A DNA stretch of 64,000 nt, taken from Candidatus Omnitrophota bacterium. Lineage in GTDB: Bacteria > Omnitrophota > Gorgyraeia > Gygaellales > Profunditerraquicolaceae. The stretch spans positions 10,425 to 74,424 of the forward strand of contig JAQTQJ010000007.1 of the NCBI GenBank assembly GCA_028712255.1, given 5' to 3'. Shown piece by piece: positions 9,599 to 19,363 of this stretch (position 1 is the first letter of the stretch; each line of letters opens with the position of its first letter). Position numbers and translations under genes: made by a program. The notes below the pieces were generated by a model that had not been told where the DNA came from, ran no database searches, and worked only from the letters and a program-made list of their open reading frames with translations.

Positions 9599-10516
9599 AT
9601 GAATACTGATATTCCAAAGACAGCAATAATTGGGGCTAGCGGATTTTTGGGGCGCTATTTTTTACCGGCATATCGTAAAATTTATCCGGATTGTATTGCC
9701 ACGGTAAAAAATGGTTCTGTTGAGGATCAGCATATGTATGATCTCGATCTCTATAAGCCTAATATAGCTGGGCTTCAATTGGCTAAAAGGCATTATAAAG
9801 AGGCGCTTATTTTTGCCGCGATTACCAGAGTTAATATTACTGAGAAAGAGAAAGTAGAAGTCAGGAAAGCCAATGTTGACGGTACTTTTGAACTTATTCG
9901 TCAGCTTACCGAAGAAGGCGTAAAACCAGTTTTTTTTTCAAGTTCCTATGTTTTTGACGGTAAGACAGGTAGCTATACAGATCAATCTCCTGTAAACCCA
10001 ATAATTGAATATGGTAAGCAAAAAGCTGAGGTAGAAGCGCAGATATCCGCTATAACCAAAGAGAATTTTTTAGTAATAAGATTATGTAAAATATTTTCTC
10101 TTGTTAAAGAAGATAAGACATTTCTTGATGAAATTGCGGGAATTTTGTCATCGGGCGGCACTTATCGGGCCGCGTATGATCAGATATTTTGTCCGACTCT
10201 CGTAACAGATGTTATTGCTGCGGTTAGTTTGCTTCAATCTCAAGGCTCAACAGGGATTATTAATGTGTGTTCTCCTGAAGTGTGGTCAAGATATGATTTG
10301 GCTATTGTTTTGGCTAGGTTAATGGGGGTAAGTACAGATAAAGTAATTAGGGCTTCCTTGGATGAAATTATGATAAGCCCAAGATATCCGAAAAACACAA
10401 GTATGATATCGGGGATTGTATTAAAGCCAGTTAGCGATTTTACTCCCATATCTATTTGTCTTGAGCAGACAGCAAGGCACTGGACAAATCAGATATTAAA
10501 AACTAATAAACAATAA
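9599..10516 (+). CDS. NAD(P)-dependent sugar reductase/epimerase (RmlD-like)
   Basis: 'AIIGASGFLGRYF' Rossmann motif and YxxxK 'YGKQK'. Length is about that of RmlD. Confidence 0.65.
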   Translation: MNTDIPKTAIIGASGFLGRYFLPAYRKIYPDCIATVKNGSVEDQHMYDLDLYKPNIAGLQLAKRHYKEALIFAAITRVNITEKEKVEVRKANVDGTFELIRQLTEEGVKPVFFSSSYVFDGKTGSYTDQSPVNPIIEYGKQKAEVEAQISAITKENFLVIRLCKIFSLVKEDKTFLDEIAGILSSGGTYRAAYDQIFCPTLVTDVIAAVSLLQSQGSTGIINVCSPEVWSRYDLAIVLARLMGVSTDKVIRASLDEIMISPRYPKNTSMISGIVLKPVSDFTPISICLEQTARHWTNQILKTNKQ

Positions 10517-10522
10517 AAATAA

Positions 10523-11578
10523 ATGATGAAAATATTGGCAGCAGTATTATCGGAAATCAATAAACCATTGATAATTGAAGAACTTTTGCTTCCGGATTTA
10601 TTAGCCGGGCAGGTGCTGGTAAAAATTGCCTATAGTGGGATTTGTCATACTCAGCTAAATGAGATGCGCGGGTTAAAAGGTAAGGATAAGTTTCTTCCGC
10701 ATACCTTAGGGCATGAAGGCTCTGGAGTAGTTGAGGCTATTGGCGCTGGAGTAAAAAAAATCAAGATAGGAGATAGGGTAGTATTAACTTGGATTAAAGG
10801 TAACGGTTCTGATATTCCATCTGCTTCATATAAAAGAAATGATAACACAATTGTTAATTCCGGGGCAATTTCTACCTTTATGACAAAAGCAGTTATTTCT
10901 GAAAATCGCCTGGTTAAAATTCCGGATGCAATGCTACTTCGTGAGGCTGCGCTTTTGGGATGCGCTATTCCTACGGGTGCAGGTATCGTGATGAATACAA
11001 TGGATATTTCTGAAAATAAAAGTATTGCGATTTTTGGCATGGGAGGCATCGGTTTAAGCGCATTGCTGGCTGCTAAAGCCCGTGGGGCATCGAAAATTAT
11101 CGCTATAGATATATCCGAAGATAGGCTTAAGCAATCAACTATACTTGGAGCCACACATGCATTAAACGCTAAGAAGGATAACATTATTGAAGCAATCATG
11201 AAGATTACGGATAGCAAGGGTGTTGATTATGCGATTGAATCTGCCGGCAAAAAGGAATCTATGGAGATAGCTTTTAAATCAGTCCGGGATAATGGCGGGT
11301 TGTGCGTTATAGCGGGTAACCTTTCTTTTGGCGAAAAGATTCAAATTAACCCTTTTGATTTGATTAAGGGTAAACGCATAATCGGTACCTGGGGAGGCCA
11401 AACTCAACCGGATAGAGATATACCCATGTATGCGGATTGGGTTATCTCTGGAAAATTTAATTTGAGAGAATTAGTCTGCCGTATTTTTGCGCTAAAAGAT
11501 ATCAACGAAGCTGTTGAATATATGGAACAGAGTGCGGTAGGGCGCGTTTTGATTGATATGGGGCTAACGCAAGGATAA
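10523..11578 (+). CDS. Zinc-dependent alcohol dehydrogenase family (MDR) oxidoreductase
   Basis: 'GICHTQLNEMRG', 'GHEGSGVVEAIGAGV' and Rossmann 'IFGMGGIGLSALLAA'. Confidence 0.8.
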   Translation: MMKILAAVLSEINKPLIIEELLLPDLLAGQVLVKIAYSGICHTQLNEMRGLKGKDKFLPHTLGHEGSGVVEAIGAGVKKIKIGDRVVLTWIKGNGSDIPSASYKRNDNTIVNSGAISTFMTKAVISENRLVKIPDAMLLREAALLGCAIPTGAGIVMNTMDISENKSIAIFGMGGIGLSALLAAKARGASKIIAIDISEDRLKQSTILGATHALNAKKDNIIEAIMKITDSKGVDYAIESAGKKESMEIAFKSVRDNGGLCVIAGNLSFGEKIQINPFDLIKGKRIIGTWGGQTQPDRDIPMYADWVISGKFNLRELVCRIFALKDINEAVEYMEQSAVGRVLIDMGLTQG

Positions 11579-14167
11579 ATGCAAGCTATATTACATAAAT
11601 CACGTAAATTACTGCGTAAGATCGAAGTTGACAGGGCGGTGTTATTCGGGGTGTTATCTAAATTCTGGAGTGTTTTCGCCGGGCCCGTAACTGCTTTACT
11701 GATAGTTGTAAAATTTACTCCTGAATATCAGGGGTATTACTATACTTTTGCTAGTCTTTTGGCTTTGCAGGTTTTTGTGGAATTAGGGTTAGGTACCGTT
11801 ATTATACAGTTTGCCAGTCATGAATGGTCTAAATTAGGGATCGATGAAGGTGGCAATATTACCGGAGATAAAGATGCGTTATCGCGGCTGAGAAGTTTGG
11901 CTAGTATTACTTCTAAATGGTATATGGTGGGTGCAGCGATTATCGCTTTGGGGTTAAGTGTAGCTGGCTATATGTTTTTTATAAAGTCACACAACGCCGG
12001 TGTAAACTGGGTATTCCCATGGTTCTCCTTGTGTTTTCTTACTGCGGTCACGATATGTTTTATTCCGGTTTGGGCTTTGCTTGAAGGCTGTAATCAGGTG
12101 TCTAATGTATATACTTACCGTTTTTTTCAAGGGATTATTACCAGTTTATCTGTTTGGGTAGCAATTTTCATTGGCGCTAAGCTTTGGGCAGCATCTATTT
12201 CGGTTGTATCGGTATTGTTGTGCTCGGTAATATTTTTAGGATTTAGATACCGCAATTTTATTAAAAGTCTTTTTTTGCGTAATATTTCGGGTGTTCGCAT
12301 AGATTGGCGTAAAGAAATTTTTCCTATGCAGTGGAGAATAGCGCTTAGTTGGATCACTGGATATTTTGTTTTTTCGCTATTCACTCCTGTTCTTTTTCGT
12401 TATCACGGCCCAATTATTGCGGGTCAATTTGGCATGACCTGGACTATTATTGGGGGAATAGGAGCAATTGCCGGTTCATGGTTATCACCTAAGATACCGC
12501 AGTTTGGCATGTTGATTGCGCGTAAAGAATACCAAAAGCTTGATCAGCTTTTTTGGCGTATTACGAAAATATTTATTTTTATTATTTTGGCCCTTTCAGT
12601 ATTCGTCTGGATAGCTATTTATGTTCTTTACCAGACAGCCAATCCTTTTTCTCAGCGCATTCTTCCACCGCTTCCTGCAGGATTATTCCTTATTGCCCAG
12701 ATTATTTCAATATTATCTTTCCCTTTTTCATTTTATCTGAGGGCACATAAGAAAGAACCACTTTTGTATTTTTCTGTTCTCTTGGGGGTAGTCACTGGCT
12801 TGTCTACTTTTATACTTGGTAAGAATTTTGGTATTAATGGGATGGCTTTTGGTTATTTAATTATTAATATTATTTTTATACCTTTTGTGGTTCTAATCTG
12901 GCATAACTGTCGCCGTTTTTGGCACGCTAATATTGATTCCGATAAGAAAATATTTTTTTGGATAGGGTACATTCATAGCAAAATACAAAACAAAGCATTA
13001 TTTTGCTATATTAAAGAGAATGTCCGCAGGTTATATTTAATAATTATTTCTAATCTGTGCGGTATTATTGCCTATCCGTTTTGTTTATTAATGCGGATCA
13101 GATTTCTGGTTTTATTGGAGGGTGCTATTGGACATCTCTGTGTTGAACTGGATTGCTATATTAAAGAAGGAATATTAGGATTACACCGAAGAGAGAAGGC
13201 TATTTTATTGGCCTCTTCCGCTAAAATATGTAATATGCATTTTTTGGGTTATTGGAAGCGGTATTTTACAATCATTAGTTCTCCATGGCTTTGCGCGATA
13301 TTAGAACCGTTAGCGAGAAATAGATTTACCGGTTATTCATCTTATCGGTTTGCTGTTTCTTTTGAAGCCGCATATTTTCCTGAAATTCAAAAAAGATTTG
13401 CCGGTAGGCCTGCGTTACTTTCTTTGAAACAGGATGATATTGTACGTGGTTGGGAGGTTTTATACAAGATGGGATTGAAAAAAGGAGATTGGTTTGTTTG
13501 TTTTCATTGCCGGGAGGATGGTTCTTTCGGAAAGCCTGATTGTTCTCCTCGCAATGCCAATATCGAAAATTATTTTTCTGCAATAGAATCAGTAGTTAGC
13601 CGCGGCGGTTGGGTAATCCGCATGGGAGATGAGGCTATGAAGTCTCTGCCGCCCATGAGGCAGGTAATTGACTATGCTCATTCAGAATTTAAAAGTGACT
13701 GGATGGATGTTTTTCTTTGTGGTAGTACTAAGTTTTTTCACGGTAGCCATTCTGGATTAAGTGCTTTGCCTTCGATATTTGGCGTTCCTGTGGCGATAAC
13801 CAACTATGCGCATATGTCCGGTGTTTTACCTTATGGAGTTGAAGATATATGTATGCCTAAGCTGACTTGGTCGGATAAGCAGAACCGTTATCTTCATTTT
13901 AAAGAAGTCTCACTTATCCCGCTTAGGAAGATCTGGCAGGACTATGAATCATTGGAATTGCGTTTGGTCGATAATGATCCGGAGGATATTAAAAATCTGA
14001 CTGATGAGATGTTCGCTAGAATCGAAGGGAAAATGGTATATACCGAAGAAGACAATATCCTACAGCAGCGTTTTAAATCACTCATGAATCCTAGCCATTT
14101 TTCCTATGGGAGTGTTTCACGTATTGGCAGGGATTTTTTACGTAAATACTCATATTTAGTTTTATGA
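11579..14167 (+). CDS. Fusion protein: N-terminal Wzx/PST-family polysaccharide flippase-like multi-TM domain plus C-terminal ~400-aa GT-B-like domain of unknown function
   Basis: The N-terminal ~440 aa is hydrophobic with multiple predicted TM helices and a flippase-like start. The C-terminal half is paralogous to the downstream ORF ('GHLCVE.DCYIKEG', 'GGWVIRMGD', identical C-terminal 'QQRFKSLMNPSHFSYGSVSRIGRDF'). Confidence 0.6.
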   Translation: MQAILHKSRKLLRKIEVDRAVLFGVLSKFWSVFAGPVTALLIVVKFTPEYQGYYYTFASLLALQVFVELGLGTVIIQFASHEWSKLGIDEGGNITGDKDALSRLRSLASITSKWYMVGAAIIALGLSVAGYMFFIKSHNAGVNWVFPWFSLCFLTAVTICFIPVWALLEGCNQVSNVYTYRFFQGIITSLSVWVAIFIGAKLWAASISVVSVLLCSVIFLGFRYRNFIKSLFLRNISGVRIDWRKEIFPMQWRIALSWITGYFVFSLFTPVLFRYHGPIIAGQFGMTWTIIGGIGAIAGSWLSPKIPQFGMLIARKEYQKLDQLFWRITKIFIFIILALSVFVWIAIYVLYQTANPFSQRILPPLPAGLFLIAQIISILSFPFSFYLRAHKKEPLLYFSVLLGVVTGLSTFILGKNFGINGMAFGYLIINIIFIPFVVLIWHNCRRFWHANIDSDKKIFFWIGYIHSKIQNKALFCYIKENVRRLYLIIISNLCGIIAYPFCLLMRIRFLVLLEGAIGHLCVELDCYIKEGILGLHRREKAILLASSAKICNMHFLGYWKRYFTIISSPWLCAILEPLARNRFTGYSSYRFAVSFEAAYFPEIQKRFAGRPALLSLKQDDIVRGWEVLYKMGLKKGDWFVCFHCREDGSFGKPDCSPRNANIENYFSAIESVVSRGGWVIRMGDEAMKSLPPMRQVIDYAHSEFKSDWMDVFLCGSTKFFHGSHSGLSALPSIFGVPVAITNYAHMSGVLPYGVEDICMPKLTWSDKQNRYLHFKEVSLIPLRKIWQDYESLELRLVDNDPEDIKNLTDEMFARIEGKMVYTEEDNILQQRFKSLMNPSHFSYGSVSRIGRDFLRKYSYLVL

Positions 14168-15429
14168 AAAATAATAAATTTAATTTTCAAATTGAACTTC
14201 AATACAAATATGAGATTTTGGCTGCTCTTTTGCATAGGATTAAAGAGAAGGGGATTTTTTTCTGCATAAGAAGAGGTTTTAAAAAATTACTATATGATGT
14301 AATTTTTTGTCAGATTGCAGGATTTATTGCTTGGCCATTTTGTAGTTTATTCAATGTAAAATTCATTAGCCCTCTTGAATGCGGTATTGGCCATCTTTGT
14401 GTCGAGCCGGATTGCTATATTAAAGAAGGGATGTTGTGCCTTCGGCCACAATTTAAAATTATTATGTTGGTTCCTAAAAATAAAATTTATAACCGGCATC
14501 TTTTAACTTACTGGGAAAAATATATAAAAATTATTACTTCACCTTTGTTTTGCTTGTTATTTGATCCACTGCAAAAAAATAAATTTACTTTAGCTCAAAC
14601 TCATCGTTTTGTTTTTTCACCCAATAGCGCCTACTTTCCCCAGATTCAAAAAAAGTTTTCAGATAGGCCGGCGCTTTTGATTTTACGAGATGAAGACCTT
14701 AAGCGTGGTTGGGCCGTTTTATATGATTTGGGGATGAAAAAAGATGATTGGTTTGTCTGTGTTCACTGCAGAGAAGATGGATGTTCAGGAAGAATCGAAC
14801 CTACGCGTAATGCCGATATCCATAATTATTTTCCTGCCATGGATGATATTGTTCAGCGTGGCGGCTGGGTGATTCGTATGGGGGATAAATCCATGAAGCA
14901 AATTCCATCTATGAAAGGTGTTATTGATTACCCTCACCTGGGGATTAAAAGTGAATGGATGGATGTTTTTCTTTGCGCAGCTTCTAAGTTTTTTCTCGGT
15001 AGTCATTCAGGATTGTGCCATGTAGCTAATATATTCGGTGTGCCTGTGGCTATAGCAAATTCCGCACATATGGCAGGCGTACTTCCTTATGGAGCCAAAG
15101 ATATAGCTATACCGAAATTGACCTGGTCAGATAAAGAAAACAGGTATCTTCATTTTAAAGAGGTCTTTGATTCTGCTTTAAGCCATTCTTGCCTTAGTCA
15201 GCTATATGAATCTTCACAGTTACGCCTGGTTGAGAATTCACCCGAAGATATAAAGAAACTGGCGGAAGAGATGTTTGATAGAATTGAAGGTAAACTTAAT
15301 TATGCTCAGGTAGATGAAGAACTTCAGCAGCGTTTTAAATCACTGATGAATCCCAGTCATTTTTCCTATGGGAGTGTTTCACGTATTGGCAGAGATTTTT
15401 TACATAAATACTCAAATTTAATTTTATGA
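14164..15429 (+). CDS. Stand-alone paralog of the C-terminal domain of the upstream fusion protein (putative GT-B-like transferase, function unknown)
   Basis: High amino-acid and nucleotide similarity to 12960-14167. Nucleotide identity is near-complete over the last ~100 nt. Confidence 0.6.
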   Translation: MKNNKFNFQIELQYKYEILAALLHRIKEKGIFFCIRRGFKKLLYDVIFCQIAGFIAWPFCSLFNVKFISPLECGIGHLCVEPDCYIKEGMLCLRPQFKIIMLVPKNKIYNRHLLTYWEKYIKIITSPLFCLLFDPLQKNKFTLAQTHRFVFSPNSAYFPQIQKKFSDRPALLILRDEDLKRGWAVLYDLGMKKDDWFVCVHCREDGCSGRIEPTRNADIHNYFPAMDDIVQRGGWVIRMGDKSMKQIPSMKGVIDYPHLGIKSEWMDVFLCAASKFFLGSHSGLCHVANIFGVPVAIANSAHMAGVLPYGAKDIAIPKLTWSDKENRYLHFKEVFDSALSHSCLSQLYESSQLRLVENSPEDIKKLAEEMFDRIEGKLNYAQVDEELQQRFKSLMNPSHFSYGSVSRIGRDFLHKYSNLIL

Positions 15430-16346
15430 AGAAGATTTTAGTTACCGGGGCAACCGGTTTTATTGGTAGGCATTGTTTACCTTTGTTAATAGAAAAAGGT
15501 TATCAGGTACATGCCGTATCATTTTCCAAAAATGATTTTAGTTGCCCGGGTGTACGTTGGTGTCAGGTTAACCTGTTAAATTCTAAAGACACTGATAGCC
15601 TGGTCTCTTCAGTTAGAGCCACGCATCTTTTACATTTAGCTTGGTATACCGAACATAAGAAATATTGGACTGCTTTAGAGAATCATGATTGGGTGCGGGC
15701 TAGTTTTGATTTGGTAAAATCCTTTCGTACTCAAGGCGGGCAAAGAGCCGTAATCGCAGGAACCTGCGCCGAATATGATTGGAGTCAAGGAAGGTGTTCT
15801 GAGGATACTACACCTTTGTTGCCTGCTACTTTATATGGTAATTGCAGAAATGAATTAAGAAAGAAAGTTGAGGTTCTCTCTAAAGAAACTGGCTTAAGCA
15901 GTGTTTGGGCAAGGATATTTTTTGCTTATGGGCCAGCTGAGCATCCTAATCGTTTAGTATCCTCAGTTATTGCTTCACTTCTTAAAGGTAAACAGATTCC
16001 TTGTTCAGAAGGCAACCAAAAGCGTGATTTTTTGTATGTCGAGGATGTTGCTTTGGCTTTTGTGGCTTTACTGGAAAGTAACTTTTGCGGCGCGATAAAT
16101 ATCGGTTCCGGGGTTCCGGTATCGATTAAAGAATTAATTAATATTATTTCGGCAAAATTAGGCCGGTCGGATTTAGTCCAATTTGGTAAAATAACCGCAA
16201 ATACGAACGAGCCGGAGCTTTTAGTTGCAGACGTGAAGAAGATTCAAGATATAATCGGCTGGTTTGCACGGTATGACCTTAACCATGGGCTGGATAAAAC
16301 TATTGCATGGTGGAAGGATTATTTAAAAAAGGAAAATAGTAATTAA
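15426..16346 (+). CDS. NAD-dependent epimerase/dehydratase
   Basis: 'ILVTGATGFIGRH' Rossmann motif. Confidence 0.75.
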   Translation: MKKILVTGATGFIGRHCLPLLIEKGYQVHAVSFSKNDFSCPGVRWCQVNLLNSKDTDSLVSSVRATHLLHLAWYTEHKKYWTALENHDWVRASFDLVKSFRTQGGQRAVIAGTCAEYDWSQGRCSEDTTPLLPATLYGNCRNELRKKVEVLSKETGLSSVWARIFFAYGPAEHPNRLVSSVIASLLKGKQIPCSEGNQKRDFLYVEDVALAFVALLESNFCGAINIGSGVPVSIKELINIISAKLGRSDLVQFGKITANTNEPELLVADVKKIQDIIGWFARYDLNHGLDKTIAWWKDYLKKENSN

Positions 16347-16347
16347 A

Positions 16348-17304
16348 ATGAAATTACCAGCTGAAGTTATAAATTTATTAAGTTGTCCGGTATGTAAAAG
16401 CAAGCTTAAATTGCAAGGGGATTTATTCAAATGTATCAATCTGGATTGTAATTTGGCATATCCTGTTGTAAATGATATTCCGGTATTGATTAATGAGAAA
16501 AACAGCCTTTTTTCAATCAATGATTTCGTGAATAGTAAATCAACTTATTTTCCTAAGAGCTATCATTCCCGGATTAGGAAAATTATTAAAGGAATAATTC
16601 CGGGCATTGGCGTAAACATTAAGGCGCGTCAAAATCTGGCTAAATTTAGCGAATTAGCATTAAAACAATCTAAATCTCCAAAAATACTGGTTATCGGCGC
16701 AAGTATTGTTGGGCCAGGAATGGATAGTTTGATTAAAAATGGATCGATGCAATTAATAGAAAGCGATATTTCGTTTGGCCCGAGAACAATGTTGATTTCT
16801 GATGCTCATGATATACCTTTCGATGATTGTTCGTTTGACGGAGTAATAATACAGGCAGTGCTTGAGCATGTAATAGACCCATATTTATGCGTGAGTGAGA
16901 TTTTTAGAGTTTTGAAAAATGATGGCCTTGTTTACGCAGAAACACCGTTTATGCAGCAAGTGCATGGTAAGCAGTTTGATTTTACCAGATTTACTTATTT
17001 AGGGCATAGGCGCTTGTTCAGGAGGTTTCAGGATATCTCAAGCGGAGCTGTTTCCGGACCGGGCATGGCACTTGCCTGGTCATGGCGATTTTTTCTTACA
17101 AGTTTTACAAAAAATGAAATTATTAAAAATATTTTATTAGTTTTTGCGCATCTTACTTCGTTTTATTTTAAATATTTTGATTATATTTTGATCAGAAAAA
17201 GAGCAGCATTAGATGCTGCTTCGGCTTATTATTTTATGGGCCGTAAAAGCGAGGAGATTCTTTCCGATAGAGAATTAATCGGTTTATATAACAGAAAAAA
17301 ATAA
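16348..17304 (+). CDS. Trm112-like zinc-ribbon fused to class I SAM-dependent methyltransferase
   Basis: N-terminal 'CPVCKSKLK...CINLDCNLAYPVVNDIPVLI' (Trm112/DUF343-like). Methyltransf_11-like 'VLEHVIDPYLCVSEIFRVLKNDGLVY'. Confidence 0.65.
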   Translation: MKLPAEVINLLSCPVCKSKLKLQGDLFKCINLDCNLAYPVVNDIPVLINEKNSLFSINDFVNSKSTYFPKSYHSRIRKIIKGIIPGIGVNIKARQNLAKFSELALKQSKSPKILVIGASIVGPGMDSLIKNGSMQLIESDISFGPRTMLISDAHDIPFDDCSFDGVIIQAVLEHVIDPYLCVSEIFRVLKNDGLVYAETPFMQQVHGKQFDFTRFTYLGHRRLFRRFQDISSGAVSGPGMALAWSWRFFLTSFTKNEIIKNILLVFAHLTSFYFKYFDYILIRKRAALDAASAYYFMGRKSEEILSDRELIGLYNRKK

Positions 17305-17306
17305 AT

Positions 17307-18197
17307 ATGAAAACACAGTGTCCGGTTTGCAAAATAAACTCAGGATCAGCATTTACAACTAAAGATTGGAATAGGAGGGTTTCTACCGAAGTCTTTAAAT
17401 ACCAGAAATGCATGAAATGCGGTTTAATTTTTTTAGCCAATCCGCCGGTTGATTTGGGAGTTTATTATGGGGAAAGTTATTACTGCCGGCCGCTATTTAA
17501 AAAAATAGAAAACGTCGCAAAAAAAACAAGCTTTCAGCTTGCGATGATTAAACGGTTTGTCAAAGATGGCCGTCTTTTAGAGGTGGGGCCAGGTTATGGT
17601 GTATTTGCGCTTCAGGCAAAAAAAGGCGGCTTTGAGGTGGATGTTATCGAAAGAGAAGGAAAATGCTGCGATTTTTTAGCAAAAATTATTGGTGTTAAGG
17701 TCATTAAAAGTGATAAGCCTCATGAGGTTATTGAATCGGCAAAAGAATATGATGTTATTGCGCTTTGGCAGGTTATCGAACATTTAACTGACCCTTGGGA
17801 ATTTTTGAAGAAGGCTGCAAAAAATTTAAAACCAAACGGAGTAATTTTAATCGCGGCTCCTAACCCTGCGGCTTTTCAGTTCAAGCTGCAGGGCGCGCAA
17901 TGGCCGCATGTGGATGCCCCGAGGCATTTATGGCTTATTCCGGTTGAGCTGCTAATCAATTATGTAGAACCTTTTGGCCTAGAGCCTGTGATGGTAACTT
18001 TTAATGATAAAGGGGCAAGAGCTTGGAACAGATTTGGTTGGCAGCGTTATTTAATGAATAAATCCTCTAATAAATTGTTTCAAACAGCTGCTTTTATTAT
18101 GGGGCATTTTATTTCATTAGCGGTGGGTGTTTTTGAAACCAAGAAGGATAATGGAAGTGCTTATACTATTATTTTAAAGAAAAGAGCGAGTGTATGA
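17307..18197 (+). CDS. Zinc-ribbon-containing class I SAM-dependent methyltransferase
   Basis: 'CPVCK...CMKCG' followed by motif I 'LLEVGPGYGVFAL' and 'VIEHLTDPWEFLKKAAKNLKPNGVIL'. Confidence 0.65.
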   Translation: MKTQCPVCKINSGSAFTTKDWNRRVSTEVFKYQKCMKCGLIFLANPPVDLGVYYGESYYCRPLFKKIENVAKKTSFQLAMIKRFVKDGRLLEVGPGYGVFALQAKKGGFEVDVIEREGKCCDFLAKIIGVKVIKSDKPHEVIESAKEYDVIALWQVIEHLTDPWEFLKKAAKNLKPNGVILIAAPNPAAFQFKLQGAQWPHVDAPRHLWLIPVELLINYVEPFGLEPVMVTFNDKGARAWNRFGWQRYLMNKSSNKLFQTAAFIMGHFISLAVGVFETKKDNGSAYTIILKKRASV

Positions 18198-19363
18198 AAT
18201 TTTCAGTATTACTGCCAACCCGTAACGGGGGAAAGTATTTAAGAAATTGTATAACTTCGATATTGCTTGAGCCATATCAGGATATGGAATTGGTTGTTTC
18301 GGATAATGCCAATACCGATGAAACCCAAGAAATATTAAAATCTTTTTCTAGCGACTCACGTTTAAAGGTGGTGAGGTTCTCTGAGCCTGTCTGTGTGACA
18401 GAGAATTGGAATAATGCTCTTTTAGCCAGTAAAGGCGATTATGTCCTGATGATGGGGGATGATGATGGCCTTTTGCCAGGGTATTTTAACCGTATGGAGG
18501 AAATTTTAAAAAGATACAATAATCCCGATTGCGTTACCTATAATGCTTATAGTTATATGGCGCCCTATTCAATCGGCCAAGACAGGCAAAGTTATTACAA
18601 AGATCCTTTTTATTCTTTTGGTAAGGAATTTGAGAAAGAAAAAATAATACAAAAAGAGGAACGTTTTCTTATTGTTAGAGATATGTTTCGTTTTCATAAT
18701 CGTCTTCCGCTTAATATGCAAACTACTTTGATGTCTAGAGTAGCTATGAATCAGATTAGGGGAGGCGCGTTTCAGCCGCCGTTTCCGGACCACTATGCGA
18801 TAAATTCGCTTTTATTGACAGCAATGTCCTGGGTCTTTGTGCCTGAAAAATTATTGGTTGTTGGCGTATCTTCTAAATCATTCGGTCATTTCGCATACAA
18901 TAATAAGCAGGAGGAAGGGAAAAAATACCTGGGAATTAATCCGGATTTTAAAGGCCAGCTTCCCGGTGCAGATATGAATAATTGTATGCATATCTGGCTG
19001 TCGCTTTTAAAAATAAATCATGCGGATTTATTAAAAAAAATAAAAATCAGCCGTTGTCAGTATATCCGGCATCAGGTTTATTCATGGTTTGCCCAGTATA
19101 AGTCAGGTATTTTACCTTTAAATGATTTAGGTAAGCGTTTTCTTATGCTTAATATGTTTGATTGGTGTTATTTATTATTTACAGTTTTTGATAAAAAAAG
19201 CTGGAAACATTTTTTGAATAGGTCTTCTAAGGGTGGTAAAGCTACACAAATTCAGAAAATATGGCCTGGGGCTATGTTTCTTGAGGGTGTTTCTAATATC
19301 AATGAATTTTCCAGTTGGATTAATAAACAGAATAATGAACAAAATATGCGAGGTATGAAATGA
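18194..19363 (+). CDS. Glycosyltransferase family 2
   Basis: 'FSVLLPTRNGGKYL', 'VVSDNANTD' and DxD-like 'MGDDDG'. Confidence 0.7.
   Translation: MKFSVLLPTRNGGKYLRNCITSILLEPYQDMELVVSDNANTDETQEILKSFSSDSRLKVVRFSEPVCVTENWNNALLASKGDYVLMMGDDDGLLPGYFNRMEEILKRYNNPDCVTYNAYSYMAPYSIGQDRQSYYKDPFYSFGKEFEKEKIIQKEERFLIVRDMFRFHNRLPLNMQTTLMSRVAMNQIRGGAFQPPFPDHYAINSLLLTAMSWVFVPEKLLVVGVSSKSFGHFAYNNKQEEGKKYLGINPDFKGQLPGADMNNCMHIWLSLLKINHADLLKKIKISRCQYIRHQVYSWFAQYKSGILPLNDLGKRFLMLNMFDWCYLLFTVFDKKSWKHFLNRSSKGGKATQIQKIWPGAMFLEGVSNINEFSSWINKQNNEQNMRGMK

Noticed and set aside
10651-11217. 188-aa minus-strand ORF, the longest antisense ORF in the window.
   Set aside because: It lies entirely inside the well-supported Zn-ADH gene (10523-11578) on the opposite strand. 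Its sequence is low-complexity and Ser/Ile/Ala/Pro-rich with no motif or RBS. It is a typical antisense shadow ORF.
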